Origin: Candidatus Omnitrophota bacterium
Lineage (GTDB): Bacteria; Omnitrophota; Gorgyraeia; Aquiviventales; Aquiviventaceae
DNA length: 64,000 nucleotides
NCBI GenBank assembly: GCA_023247255.1
Contig: JAHFGV010000004.1
Coordinates: 20,023 to 84,022, forward strand
Reading direction: 5' to 3'
The notes beneath the pieces are model-generated. The model searched no databases and had not been told where the DNA came from. It saw only the letters and a list, made by a program, of their open reading frames with translations. Of the stretch, positions 12,101-21,010 are shown piece after piece. The position numbers were made by a program, and so were the translations under genes. Positions within the stretch are counted from its first letter, which is position 1, and each line of letters begins with the position of its first letter.

Positions 12101-15100
12101 AGAAGCCGTGATGAGATTCGGATAGCTGGTCCCTCCATTCGTCGAATACTCAAGTTTCACGTTCGTGATCGATCCGACTTTAGTCCAACTCACGTTCTGT
12201 GAAGTGCCCACGGCCCAGGCCTCGCTGCCGTTCGGGGCGATGAGAGTCAGCGAACCGACGATCTTGAAATTCGCATCCGACGCATCGTTCACCGTCGTAT
12301 CAGCGTTGCTGGTGACATTGACCCGCAGTTGAGTCCCGATCGCATCGGGAATGGTCCAAGCATAAGGGGTACCGGTCACGGCATCTGCAGAAGCGGAAAT
12401 AACCGTGGGATAGGTGCTGCCGCCATCCGTCGAGTATTCGAGCTTCACCGTCGCAAACGTGCCCTGCTTCGTCCAGGTAATGTTCTGGCTGGTGCCTACG
12501 ATCCAGACTTCCCCGCCGTTGGGGCTGGTGAGGGCAATTTGACCTTTGATCTCGAAGTTCGCGTTGGAGGCATCGTTGACTGTAGCATCCCCGGTATGGG
12601 TGATCTTTACGCGCAGCTGGGTACCTATCGCATCGGGAACCGACCAGGTATAGCTGCCGCTCGTCGCGCTCGTTGAGGAAGCAATGATGTTGGGGTAGGT
12701 CGTGCCGCCATTCGTTGAGTACTCGAGTTTGACCGTCGCGATGGTGCCGGTCTTCGTCCAGGTGATGTTGCGACTCTCGCCAACCTTCCAGACCTCGACG
12801 CCATTCGGAGAGGTCACTGTGAGTGAGCCTTTAATCTCAAAGTGAGCGTTGGAGATATCCACTACCGTGATGTCTGCAGCATCGCTGGCCCGGACCTTGA
12901 GCGTTGTGCCGATGGCATCGGGAACCGTCCAGGCAAAGTTCAAGGGGCTGGCTGGGGCGGAGGCGCTGATTAAGAAAGTCTGGAGCTCATCGGAAAAACC
13001 GTTCGTCGAGTACTCCAACTTCACGTTGGCAAACGAACCGGTTCGCGTCCATGCGATGTTCTGGCTCGCACCCACGATCCACGTCTCACCCCCATTGGGG
13101 GCGCTTACCGTAATCGAGCCTCGGATTTTGAAATTGGCATCAGAATCATCGAAAACCGATGCGTCGGCGGCATCGCTCACCCGAACCCGCAGCTGTGTTC
13201 CGATCACATCGGGAATGGTCCATGAATACTGGCCGTTGTCCGCACCGACAGGTGGATCCGTATTCGCGCTCGTCGAAGCCGTGATAAGATTGCCAGCGGG
13301 CCATGTGGCCCCGCCATCCGTCGAGTACTGCAGTTTCACATTCGTAATCGCTCCAAAGACATTCCAGGTGACGTTCTGGGTCGCCCCAACGACCCAAACC
13401 TCACTACCATTCGGGGCCGTCAGTGTCACACTCCCTTTAATCGAGAGATTGGCGTTGGAAAGATCGCTGACCGTTGCGTCGGAGGCATCAGAGACCCGAA
13501 GTTTCACCGTAGCCGATGGGGTGTTCGGAATCGTCCAGGCGTAGAGCCCGTTGTTGTCAACCGGCGGAGGATCAGCCGGTGCAGAGGCGGTGATGACGTA
13601 GGTCTGGAGCTCATCGGAAAAACCATTCGTCGAGTATTCGAGCTTGACGTTGGGCAGCGAGCCGGTCCGGGTCCAGGTGATGTTTTGCACGGTGTTGATC
13701 TGCCATCCCTCGCCACCATTGGGGGCGGTCAACAGGAGGCTTCCACGAATCTTGAAGTTGACGTCCGAGGTATCGAAAGCATCCGTATCTGCTGCGTCGC
13801 TCACTTTCACTCGCACGGTCGTTGAGATCGCATCCGCCACCGTCCAGGAGTAGGATCCGCTGTTGGAGGCCGAGGCCGTGATAACATTCGGGTAGGTGCT
13901 GCCGCCGTCGGCGGAGTATTCCAATTTCACATTGGCTGCGGTTCCAACAGTCGTCCAAGTAATGTTCTGGGCGCTGCCAACGGTCAAGACCTCCCCGCCG
14001 TTGGGGGCAGTGAGGGTAAGACCCGCCTTGATCTTGAAGTTCGCGTCCGATACATCTGAGACATCGCTTGGGAAGTCCACATCGGATACCTTTACCTTAA
14101 CGGTGGCGCTCGGGGTGTTGGGGATAGTCCAAGCATAGCTGAGCGATGAAGCCACTGTGGTTGCCACAATCAGGTTCGGGTAGGTCGTCCCGCCGTCGGT
14201 CGAGTATTCGAGTTTGGCGTTGGCGATGGATCCGATACGCGTCCAGGTGACGTTCTGGGAATTTCCTACCGTCCACTTCTCGCCACCGTTTGGAGCAGTC
14301 AGGGTCAGCACACCGACAATCTTGAAGACCGCGTTCGACTCATCCTGCACTGTGGCATCGCTTGTGTCACTCACCCGAACCTTGGCCGTCGCCGTAATCG
14401 CATCCGGCAGAGTCCAGGCGTAGGTACCGGTCGCGGCATCTGTCGATGCAGTGATCAGATTTGGATAGGTGGATCCGCTGTTCGTAGAGTACTCAAGCTT
14501 AACGTTGGTGATGGAACCGGTCCTTGTCCAGGTGACAGCGCGGCTGCTGTTAACCGTCCAGAGTTCCGCGCCATTGGGTGCGGTAAGCGTCAAGGCCCCT
14601 TTAATCGTAAAGTTGGTATTGGATACGTCGTTCACGGTAGAGTCGCTGGCATCAGACACACGAACCTTCAATTGCGCGCCGATGGCGTCTGCGATGGTCC
14701 ATGCGTAGCTCAGCGGTGCTGCCGGTGTCGATGCGACGATGGTAAACGTCTGGAGCTCATCGGCGAAACCGTTCTTTGAATACTCCAGTTTCACGTTAGC
14801 GATCGAACCCTGCTTCGTCCAAGTAACGTTCTGAGAGGAACCGACGATCCAGGTTTCCCCACCGTTGGGAGCAGTGAGCGTTACAGAACCCTTGATCGTG
14901 AAGTTCGCGTTGGTGTCATCGGTCACCGTTACGTCATCCACATTTGTGATCCTCACCCGAAGCTGTGTGCCGATGGAATCGGGAATCGTCCAGGCGAAGC
15001 TTAAGCTCGATCCGGCCGTGGAAGACACGATCACATTCGGATAGGTGGTGCCGCCGTTTGTCGAATACTCGAGCTTAACGTTTGGAATGGTCCCAGTCTT

Positions 15101-18100
15101 GGCCCAGGTGATGTTCCGACTATCGTTGACGATCCACGTCTCACCGCCGTTGGGTGAACCCAACGTCAGTGTTCCCTTAATGGTGAAATTTCCGTTGGAG
15201 GCATCCGTCACGGTGTTGTCGTTGACGTCGGTAATCCGGACGCGCAGATCGGTATCGATTTCATCCGGAAGGGTCCAGGCATAGCTGAGATTCGCGGCAG
15301 GCGTTGATGCGGTGATCGCAATGGGAAACGTGGCACCGCCATCCTTTGAGAGATCAAGCTTCGCGTTGGCGATCGATCCCCCTCGTGTCCACGTAATGTT
15401 TCGGCTCTCGCTGACTTTCCAGACCTCGCCACCGTCCGGTGCTTGGATGAAAAGCGATCCCTTGATGCTGAAATTCGCATCCGATGGGTCCGTTACATTC
15501 GTGTCGTCGAGCTGGGTGATTCGGACACGTCCCTGCGTGGTCGGGTTATCCGGAACGGTCCAAGCATAACTCGTATCCGTAGCAGGAACCGTGTTGCTGA
15601 TCAGATTGCCCACGGGATAGGTCGTACCACCATCGGTCGAATATTCGAGCTTGAGATTCCCAGTCAGTGTTCCCGTCTTCACCCAGGTGATATTCTGTGT
15701 CGCGTTGATCGGCCAGCCTTCATTACCGTTAGGTGCAGTGACGGTAATCGAGCCACGAATCGTGAAGTCGGCATCCGAGGTGTCGTTTAGGTCGAGGACA
15801 TCGGGTGTGGTGTCGTAGGTAACCTTCACGCGCCGCGTGGTCCCGATAGAATCCGGAATGGTCCAGGGATAGCTCAGATTTCCACCCGATGTGGAGGCGA
15901 CGATAAGATTCGTATAGCTCACACCACTGTTGGTTGAGTACTCCAACTTAACGTTCGGTAGCGTTCCCGTCTTGGTCCAGGTAATGTTTTGGGTCGTCCC
16001 CACAACCCAGGACTGGCCTCCGTTAGGAGCCGTCAAAGCAAGGGAACCCCTGATGGTGAAATCTGCATCGGAGGCATCGATGACCGAAGCATCTGAGGCA
16101 TCACTGATCCGGATCCGGCACTGGGCGCTGATGCCATCGGCCACTATCCAGGTGTAGCTACCGGCGCCCGCAGGCGTTGAGGAGACGATGACATTGCCGG
16201 CAGGCCATGTTGAGCCGCTGTCCGTCGAGTATTCCAGTTTTGCGTTGGCGATAGCCCCCAGGGTTGTCCAGGTAATGTTCTGGGGATCTGCGACTACCCA
16301 AGTCTGGCCGCCGTTGGGCGCTGTGATGGTCAGTTTGCCCTTTAGCCGAAAGTTATTCTCTGACGCATTTGCCGCAGCCTTACCTGCCGTGACCGGTGTG
16401 ATTCTCACCCGGGCTGTCGTCGATAGGGGCGCATTAGACGGAATCGTCCAGGCATACTGCCCGTTATTCCCACCAGTCGGTGGATCGGTATCCGATGGGG
16501 TAGAGGCAATGATGAGGTTCGGGTAAGTAGATCCTCCATCCGTCGAGTACTCCAGTTTGACGGCCCCTACCGTACCGGTGAGGTTCCAGGTAATGTTCTG
16601 GCTCGTCCCAAGCTCCCAAACCTCTCCGCCATCAGGAAAGGTGATGTTGAGAGATCCTTGTATCGTGAAGTTGGCGTCCGATTCATCCGTAACAGAAGTC
16701 TCGTTGAGGTATACGATCTTAACCCGCAGATCATTGTCGATCGCATCGGGGACGGTCCATGCGTAGCTGCCAGCGGTAACCGCCACGGAATTAGTAATCA
16801 TGTTGCCTGGATCGGGGTAGGTCGCCCCGCCATCCGTCGAGTAAAGCAACTTGACGTTGCCACTCAAGGTGCCGGTCTTCGTCCAGGTAATGTTCTGCGT
16901 ATCTCCGACTACCCAGCTCTGACTCCCATTGGGTGCCGTGAGGGTTAACGTACCCTTCACCGTGAAGCCGGTGTCCGAATCATCGTAGACCGTGCTGTCG
17001 GCCGCATTCTCCAAGCGCACTTTAACATTCGTTCCAATGATGTCGGGAACAGGGTTCCAGTTGTATGAACCCACATTCGAGATCGACGCTCCACCTGCAA
17101 TCGGGTTGCTGAAAGTAGCGCCATCGGTGGCGTAGTAGAGCTTTACGCCGGAGACGGTCCCATTCGTGTTCCAGGTAATGTTCCGGGTCGTGTCCCCAAC
17201 AAACCAGATAAGATTCGTATTGGGCTGCGTCACGGTGAGCTGGCCTTTGATCGTGAAGTTGGCATCCGAGGTATCGAAGACCGTGGTGTCAGTGACCAGC
17301 GTCACCTTAACGCGAAGCTGAGTCTCGATAGCATCTGGGATCGGGTTCCAGTTGTATGACAGCGCGCTGGCAGCCGTGGTGCTGTTGATCAGGGTGTCGT
17401 AACTTGTACCACCGTTGGTCGAGTAACGCAGCTCGACATTGCCGGCCATCGAACCCGTGGTTCCCACTCGCGTCCACGTAATGTTGCGGTTCGTCTCGCC
17501 GACCTTCCAGACCTCGCCGTTGTTGGGTGCAACGAGGGTCAGCGTTCCCTTGATGGAAAAGTTGGCATCTGATTGATCCTCAACACTCGTATCGGTCACC
17601 AACCGCACGCGCACCCGGATATCGCTGTCGATGTCATCCGGGGTGGCCCAGTTGTACGGCGTACCGGAGACTGGATCCAAACCCGTGGCAATCAGTTTGC
17701 CTGCTGGAAACGTCGCCCCGCCGTCCGTTGAGTAGTGCAGCTCTACGTTGCCAATCGAACCGGTCTTGGTCCAGCTGACCGGACAGGATTGGCCGACGGT
17801 GCAGGTGCCACCGCCATTGGGCGCTCCCAAGACCACGGTCCCCTTGATGGAAAAGTTGGAGTCTGAGGCGTCATCGGCGACGTTAACGGTATCTGAAGGA
17901 ATAACTCTGACTTTCACCGTGTTGTTGATCCCGCCGGTGACATCAGGAATCGGAGACCAGCTGTAGCTCCCGCTTGCCCCTCCGATCGGAGTCGAGGCCA
18001 CAATGACATTCGGGTAGGTGCTGCCTCCATCCGTCGAATAGCGAATTTCCACTGTGCCAGAGACCGTGCCGTTGTTGTTCCAGGTGATGTTGCGCGAGCT

Positions 18101-21010
18101 ACCAATCGGAAAGACGTCGCTGCCGTTGGGGGAAGTCACCTGAACGGCTCCCTTGATTCGAAAGACGTTGTTGGAGGTATCAAAGATGGCGGGCGCATCT
18201 ACATTGCTGATCTTGACGCACGTGTTGCCACCGATGGCATCCGGAATCGTCCACGGGAAGCTTCCGGCCGAGGCCAGCGTCGATGCTACGATCGATGTGT
18301 ACGTACCCCCGCATCCTGTGCTTGAATACTCCAACTTCACGTTATTGACGCCAGTACCGTTGATGGTCCAGGTAATGTTCTGCGTGGTGCCGACAAGCCA
18401 CACCTCGGTTCCACTGTTAGGGCTGTCGACGACAATCGAGGCCACGATTGTGAAATCCGCATCGGATTCATCGAACGTCGTGGCATCCCCGTTTTGCTCC
18501 ACTTTAATTCGCGAGAACGACCCGATTGCAGCAGTCGGAATGGTCCAGGCATAAGTACCCGTTGCCGAAGCGGCTGTCACGATCGTATCTCCGTTTGGCG
18601 CTGCGTAGGAACCCCCACTGTTCTTGGAATAGTAGATGTTCACGCCTGTGGGGGGCAATGTTCCGGTAGAGGTCCAAGTGATGTTGTAGGTCTTTAGGGT
18701 TTCCCAGTTCGGGCTCTGGGGTCCGTTTGGCGTAGTGACGGTGATTCGCCCTTTAATGCTGAAATCAATGTCGGACTGGTCGTTTACACCTGAGGCATCT
18801 GAGGAAAGTTCGGCACCGACCCGTAGGTCGGTGCGAATCTTGTCCGGAACCGGTGTCCAGTTGTAGGTCCCGACGCTGGGAGTCAACCCTGTCGCAATCG
18901 TGCTATCGAAAGTGGTACCGCTGGCTGTATAAAGCTTCAACGTCACGGTGCCGTTGTCATCCAAGTTCCCCGTCCGACCCCATGTGATTGTGCGGCAGTT
19001 CGCTCCAGGACAAGAGTCGCCTACGAACCAGGACACCGCGGTGTTCGGAGAGGTCACCGTGAGTGTTCCTTTAACAGTGAAGTCGGCATTGGAAACATCA
19101 GAGTTCCGAACGAGCAGGTCCAAGTCGGTGATCTTCACCCTCAATGTAGACACGTCGAGATCCGTCGCCCCAATGCTCGCGGGAATCGTCCAGGGAATGG
19201 TATCCAGATTCGCGCAGACGTCGGAGGCAATGCCCAACGGGTAGGTGCTGCCGCCGTTCGTTGAAAGCTCAATCTTCAGTCTGTGTGCAGGCCCTGCTGA
19301 ATTGCACGTTCCACTTGATTCCAGCTCGGCGGCGTGCTTCCAGGTGATATTGTGGCTCTCTCCGACTTTCCATACCTCGCTGCCGTTGGGGCTTTTGACA
19401 GTCAACGGCGTAAACTCAGTGACGAAATATTGGACATCGGCTGCAATCGCCGCAGCGATGCTCTGGTTGGTTCCTGAGCGCACGCTGGCAAAAGTGGTCG
19501 AGGTGGTGGCCGCTCCAATTGGCGGTAGCAGCTCCACGGCAAACCCAAGATCATCCGCATAGTCTCTGGTCGTGTTGCTGGAACCTGTCGCCGTCGTTGT
19601 CGCTGCTCCAAGAACCAGTGTCCGGCTAGGTCTCACCGCGGTGAGTGAGGCGGTTTTCTGAGCCGGTAGAACATAGCCAGTCGTGCCACCGGCTCCCAGG
19701 CCGTGCGAAGCAGAACCGCTCAGTTTCAACTGTGTGGATGTGCAGGCGGGTGAGCAGTCGCTGCCGGTAAGAACGTGCCAGTTACCGTTCACTGGGTTGC
19801 TGACGGAACCCCCAACGCTATGGCCGCTTACATTGATCAGATCGCCGGTACTCAAGCCGTGAGCAGCGCTTGTCGTTATCATGATCGGCGTAGCGTCCGT
19901 CGATGAAGAAATCGCAATGCGGGCGGGTGTGCCGCCCGTGCCGCCTCCCCAGGAGTGGGTGCCTTTTTGAACCAAGCTGATTCCATCGATGAGATCCACA
20001 ACGTGGTAGCGTATACGTCCCTCGCTATTTGTGTTGGTCGACGCATAGCCTCTGGTAAAAGTAATGGTGGTGCCGCTCGTTACTGTGCCCCGAGCGTAGA
20101 TTTGATTGTCCCATCCTGCTATCCCTGAGCCACCGGTGAAAGAGGTGAACAACAACGCGTTCGCCCCGCCGCTGGAAAGACCAGGGCTCAGGGGCCCGGA
20201 GTTGACAGGCAGCGGCCCTCCACCGTCGGGATCCAGTCCGTTGTTCGTGGCGGTTTGGTTCGTGGCTGCGGTGCCAGGCACCGGCAGCGAGACTATCCCG
20301 GTGTAAACTGTCGTATCCGTCAAAAACTCGATGACCTGCCACACGATCTGAGTGGCTTTGGTGCCTGTGCCAGCAAACCGCTCGACTCTCAGATTGGAGT
20401 TATCGATAAACGAAGGGAGTAGGTAGAGTTGATGCGTCTGGTTTTGGCTGGTGAAGGCGCCTTTGGTCATGACAATCGGCACGGCGTGACAGGGAAAGGT
20501 TATGGGAGTACACCCGCTCGTATCCAACGCCATCGGGATAGTGATGGTCTTGTTCAAGTCTGTCGGCTGCAGGCTCGAAATGCCTCGCTGTACGCTGACT
20601 CCATCGACGAACTCAATAACCTGCCAGGAGACGCTCGCGCCGCTGGTGCCACCCCCACGCTCGATGTCAATGGTGTTGTTATCCTCAAACTGGGCGACGA
20701 AAAACCAGTTCTGATCGCGTTGTTGGCTAATGCTGTCGGCTTCGGTAGACAGCAAGATGATGGATTTGGATTGGTCCACCGGGTAGGTCAGGTTGATGGC
20801 TTGAACGACGTCGTCCGTGTCAAAGTTGGCGATGCCGCTTTGTATCCTTTTAATCTGCACGGCTTCTGCAAGGGGGCCCCAGAAACTCCAGATGAGGACA
20901 GCAATGAGCGCTGTCCAACCGGCGAGAAACCGTGGAACAAAAACGGTCGGTCGCGCCCGTACAGGCCGCATCAGAAAATCAGGGGCGTCATTGCTGTGCA
21001 TCATCAGCAT
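3161..21010 (-). CDS. Giant repetitive surface protein/adhesin (~5,950 aa) with ~49 Ig-like repeats
   Basis: Signal peptide ending AEA|V; 49 counted ~97-aa repeats (TxTAPNGGExWxVGxxxNITW...VKLEYSTDGGxTY...YxWTIPD...DxSDANFxI) at ~5095-19410; start uncertain (21043/21010/20971). Confidence 0.93.
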   Translation of the reverse strand: MLMMHSNDAPDFLMRPVRARPTVFVPRFLAGWTALIAVLIWSFWGPLAEAVQIKRIQSGIANFDTDDVVQAINLTYPVDQSKSIILLSTEADSISQQRDQNWFFVAQFEDNNTIDIERGGGTSGASVSWQVIEFVDGVSVQRGISSLQPTDLNKTITIPMALDTSGCTPITFPCHAVPIVMTKGAFTSQNQTHQLYLLPSFIDNSNLRVERFAGTGTKATQIVWQVIEFLTDTTVYTGIVSLPVPGTAATNQTATNNGLDPDGGGPLPVNSGPLSPGLSSGGANALLFTSFTGGSGIAGWDNQIYARGTVTSGTTITFTRGYASTNTNSEGRIRYHVVDLIDGISLVQKGTHSWGGGTGGTPARIAISSSTDATPIMITTSAAHGLSTGDLINVSGHSVGGSVSNPVNGNWHVLTGSDCSPACTSTQLKLSGSASHGLGAGGTTGYVLPAQKTASLTAVRPSRTLVLGAATTTATGSSNTTRDYADDLGFAVELLPPIGAATTSTTFASVRSGTNQSIAAAIAADVQYFVTEFTPLTVKSPNGSEVWKVGESHNITWKHAAELESSGTCNSAGPAHRLKIELSTNGGSTYPLGIASDVCANLDTIPWTIPASIGATDLDVSTLRVKITDLDLLVRNSDVSNADFTVKGTLTVTSPNTAVSWFVGDSCPGANCRTITWGRTGNLDDNGTVTLKLYTASGTTFDSTIATGLTPSVGTYNWTPVPDKIRTDLRVGAELSSDASGVNDQSDIDFSIKGRITVTTPNGPQSPNWETLKTYNITWTSTGTLPPTGVNIYYSKNSGGSYAAPNGDTIVTAASATGTYAWTIPTAAIGSFSRIKVEQNGDATTFDESDADFTIVASIVVDSPNSGTEVWLVGTTQNITWTINGTGVNNVKLEYSSTGCGGTYTSIVASTLASAGSFPWTIPDAIGGNTCVKISNVDAPAIFDTSNNVFRIKGAVQVTSPNGSDVFPIGSSRNITWNNNGTVSGTVEIRYSTDGGSTYPNVIVASTPIGGASGSYSWSPIPDVTGGINNTVKVRVIPSDTVNVADDASDSNFSIKGTVVLGAPNGGGTCTVGQSCPVSWTKTGSIGNVELHYSTDGGATFPAGKLIATGLDPVSGTPYNWATPDDIDSDIRVRVRLVTDTSVEDQSDANFSIKGTLTLVAPNNGEVWKVGETNRNITWTRVGTTGSMAGNVELRYSTNGGTSYDTLINSTTAASALSYNWNPIPDAIETQLRVKVTLVTDTTVFDTSDANFTIKGQLTVTQPNTNLIWFVGDTTRNITWNTNGTVSGVKLYYATDGATFSNPIAGGASISNVGSYNWNPVPDIIGTNVKVRLENAADSTVYDDSDTGFTVKGTLTLTAPNGSQSWVVGDTQNITWTKTGTLSGNVKLLYSTDGGATYPDPGNMITNSVAVTAGSYAWTVPDAIDNDLRVKIVYLNETSVTDESDANFTIQGSLNITFPDGGEVWELGTSQNITWNLTGTVGAVKLEYSTDGGSTYPNLIIASTPSDTDPPTGGNNGQYAWTIPSNAPLSTTARVRITPVTAGKAAANASENNFRLKGKLTITAPNGGQTWVVADPQNITWTTLGAIANAKLEYSTDSGSTWPAGNVIVSSTPAGAGSYTWIVADGISAQCRIRISDASDASVIDASDADFTIRGSLALTAPNGGQSWVVGTTQNITWTKTGTLPNVKLEYSTNSGVSYTNLIVASTSGGNLSYPWTIPDSIGTTRRVKVTYDTTPDVLDLNDTSDADFTIRGSITVTAPNGNEGWPINATQNITWVKTGTLTGNLKLEYSTDGGTTYPVGNLISNTVPATDTSYAWTVPDNPTTQGRVRITQLDDTNVTDPSDANFSIKGSLFIQAPDGGEVWKVSESRNITWTRGGSIANAKLDLSKDGGATFPIAITASTPAANLSYAWTLPDEIDTDLRVRITDVNDNTVTDASNGNFTIKGTLTLGSPNGGETWIVNDSRNITWAKTGTIPNVKLEYSTNGGTTYPNVIVSSTAGSSLSFAWTIPDSIGTQLRVRITNVDDVTVTDDTNANFTIKGSVTLTAPNGGETWIVGSSQNVTWTKQGSIANVKLEYSKNGFADELQTFTIVASTPAAPLSYAWTIADAIGAQLKVRVSDASDSTVNDVSNTNFTIKGALTLTAPNGAELWTVNSSRAVTWTRTGSITNVKLEYSTNSGSTYPNLITASTDAATGTYAWTLPDAITATAKVRVSDTSDATVQDESNAVFKIVGVLTLTAPNGGEKWTVGNSQNVTWTRIGSIANAKLEYSTDGGTTYPNLIVATTVASSLSYAWTIPNTPSATVKVKVSDVDFPSDVSDVSDANFKIKAGLTLTAPNGGEVLTVGSAQNITWTTVGTAANVKLEYSADGGSTYPNVITASASNSGSYSWTVADAISTTVRVKVSDAADTDAFDTSDVNFKIRGSLLLTAPNGGEGWQINTVQNITWTRTGSLPNVKLEYSTNGFSDELQTYVITASAPADPPPVDNNGLYAWTIPNTPSATVKLRVSDASDATVSDLSNANLSIKGSVTLTAPNGSEVWVVGATQNVTWNVFGAITNVKLQYSTDGGATWPAGNLITASTSANTDPPVGADNGQYSWTIPDVIGTQLRVRVSDAADASVFDDSDANFKIRGSITVSAPNGGETWIVGASQNIAWTRTGSFANVKLEYSTNGFSDELQTFLISASAPASPLNFAWTVPDAIGTTLKVRASDAADITVVDISNAHFEIKGSLTVTSPNGVEVWKVGESRNITWTKTGTIATVKLEYSTNGGTTYPNIIASSTSATSGSYTWSVPDAIGTQLRVKITHTGDATVNDASNANFEIKGQIALTSPNGGEVWIVGTSQNITWTKQGTFATVKLEYSTDGGSTYPTVISASADAVTGTPYAWTIPDAIGTQLRVNVTSNADTTVNDASDANFKIVGSLTLIAPNGSEAWAVGTSQNVSWTKVGSITNVKLEYSTNGGTSYPNLITASTGAGTGIYAWTIPDAISATVRLKVTDASDSTVYDTSNADFKVMGGFVLTSPNGGEVWAVGESRNITWTTAGSVVNVKLEYSTDGGATYPNLIIASTSNTGTYAWTVPDAISTTVKVRISDASDANAFDVSNGNFKIRGSLLLISPNGGEAWPISTTQNVTWSKMGSIANVKLEYSTDGGATYPNLIIASVFATSGTPYAWTIPDAPATTVKVRVSDVSDSTVFDESNANFKIQGLLTITAPNGGEVWIVGSSYNITWTKFGSILNVKLQYSTDGGITWPDPGKVIIASTAAATLSYTWTIPDDISNTVKVRITDTGDTSVFDDSNANLGIKGSLTVTAPNGGEIWVVADTQNITWTKTGTIPNVKLEYSKNGFADELQTFLITASVPSTPSAYAWTIPDAISNTVKVRLSNVSDPTVSAVSNAYFAIKGSLTLNAPNGGETWIVGASQPITWSKVGSIANVKLEYSSDGGVSYPDVILASTSASAGSYSWTIPDAITTTARVKVTDVSDSSVFDISNTNFKIAGSLTVTAANGAEAWLIATTQNITWTRTGSIANVKLEYSTNGGTSYPNLIVASVSATTGTPYAWVIPDTPTTQAKIKVTNTADSSVYDESNANFNIRGSVTLSEPNGSEVWVVGESRAITWMRTGSFPNVELRYSTDGGTTYPSLITASTSAGTLSYAWIVPDALSTGVRVKITDTGDSAVTDVSDANFKIKGSVTLTSPNGAEVWIVGASRNITWTRTGSFANVKLEYSTDGGTTYLNLITASAPAAPLSYAWTIPDAINTSLKVKISDENDATVVDVSDANFTIKASLTLNAPNGGETWIVGSSQNITWAKTGTIVTVKLEYSTDGGSTYPNVITLSSPAAALSYVWSIPDTLSSTVRVKITHLTDATVNDTSNGNFKIAGSFTLTAPDGGEVWIVGATQNITWTKTGSIATARLDYSTDGGVSYPSAITSSVSASALSFAWTTPDNMSSTVKVKITDTSDSTVFDASNGNFKIAGSFTLLSPNGGEKWPAGSTQSITWTKTGSMVNAKLEYSTDGGTTYPNLIVATTPASALSYAWVLGTTTSTQVRVRITDVSDSTVFDASNANFKIMGGFVLSSPNGGEVWVVGETRNITWTTVGNVANVKLSYSVNGGTTYPNAISASTTNTGSYAWTIPDAIGTTLRVKVEDVLDPDAYDESNANFKIKGSLTLSSPNGGEIWTVESNQNISWTKAGSIANVKLEYSTDGGTTYPVGSLIATSLNATTGTPFAWTIPDAISTTVKVKVTDVTDATVYDESNASFTIRGSFNLTAPNGGEKWTVGTTQSILWSTFGTIPNVRLEYSTDGGSSYPNVITAASSNTGSYNWTIPNAITTTMRLRVSNAADAGTFDASDADFKVKASFAMTAPDGGEVLVVGVSQGITWTTAGTVANVKLEYSTNGGTTYPNGIATSAPNTGTFAWTVPDAISATVRIRVSDVTDTVDAFDTSNGNFKIRAGFTVTAPNGGEAWTVGSVQNITWISAGTVANVKLEYSTDGGATYPSVVASSIANIGTYAWTIPDAITTAARLKVSDVNDTTASDASNTNFKIQGFLRITAPNGGEKWTVGSVRTVTWDRNGSIPFVKLEFSTNGGGLYAPITASTSNTGSFAWAIPDNISTNCLVKVSDTNDATVNDASDVIFKIQAGFTVTAPNGGEVWAVGSARTITWLTNGTVSFVKIDYSTDSGSSFPNLITSSTSNTGSYGWTVPDNVTGSVRVRVSQTTDAEAFDTSDGDFRIRVIFTLTSPNGAEQWRVGQVQNITWGIVGTIPNVKLQYSRDGFNADLQTINASAPSIGSYGWTVPDAISNTVRVRVSDPNDIGALDDSNADFRITGDFTVTAPNGTEQWVVGSVQNITWAKTGSVSNAKIEYSTNSGGTWTTIAGLTPNNGTFAWTIPDTITAQGRVRLSDPVDATANDISNADFKIKAGFTLTAPNGAEIWTVAQSRTIAWTNTGTVSLVKLELSTNGGTAYQPIQENYQTLNDGVVQNTGAYTWTVEDAISTQVRIRVSSSTDSDANDASDGNFKIQGSLTITNPNGGENFPIGQLRDISWLRLGSIANVKITYSTDAGTTYPNVIVASTPANPTFYPWTVADAPTTMARVKVEDVSDATVFDASDASFNIQGNFTISAPNGGELWSVGESRNIAWSWGGTIPNVKLTYSTNSGSTYSDVIANSAPNGVGSSGTFNYAWMVPDSISSAVRVRIEDVNDANVSDVSNADFKIQGRLNIVTPNGLERWVVNEIRTISWTTAGTLPTVKLEYSTDGGATYPAGNVIVALLTNTGSYNWLVPNTVSMTSRVRVVNTADVTVSDQSDADFKIDLYKVSFRVRDLLTNNHLDQLTVSAGTPSQPGSTQPPAYTWTESGLSSIIKDKPLQYGSWSAKFSRVSYGDQTLNFVVDRDYPETAPLDVFMETQVVHIWEAVTEFAYVPAVQALPNLNPPIAAVADSLTVTSTLRRDGSTVTGPVLCQVDIYDGATLIQSFVANGPPNALGFYSSPQYNFTWSPTSLTAGKVYSVVTTINIATGGVFKTPRTLTINVEQKLQDVKHEVNKNLDVPLSQVRTDIQGTLDTFTHSISTSISTLDTAAKNSQTASNTLISAANQSQATANDLRTVANQQSAKLLTPQEINTGLPLIIRWRGPRDTQGLSLSPKITIENFDKIAVVSEVAMQPISGAQNLFEWSSEWGLAEQVITATKFQPGKTITVTVKDDAIGSFQVGTIFVKRPEGRLLMKTSAKIGETISIQLAGADNWTPLIELSADGVVLTAKTPMKKVGSDGKVTTFEYLVPESVGSLVPIGKSVVALVTESLTGFFDQGSFQFTGTSLDDLSGQIAASSASRGVIQDTYTAVKNLQGSLGGDGQLGQKLEVLKQRIDRIPKAVAEEGSNVRMKQAINDVAERISALAGDEGYDFSQLMEMGVEKGLEKSDSIQNIRKKTDTVQGATEVMQLLMENKLGGIDDPVVHVIYQ

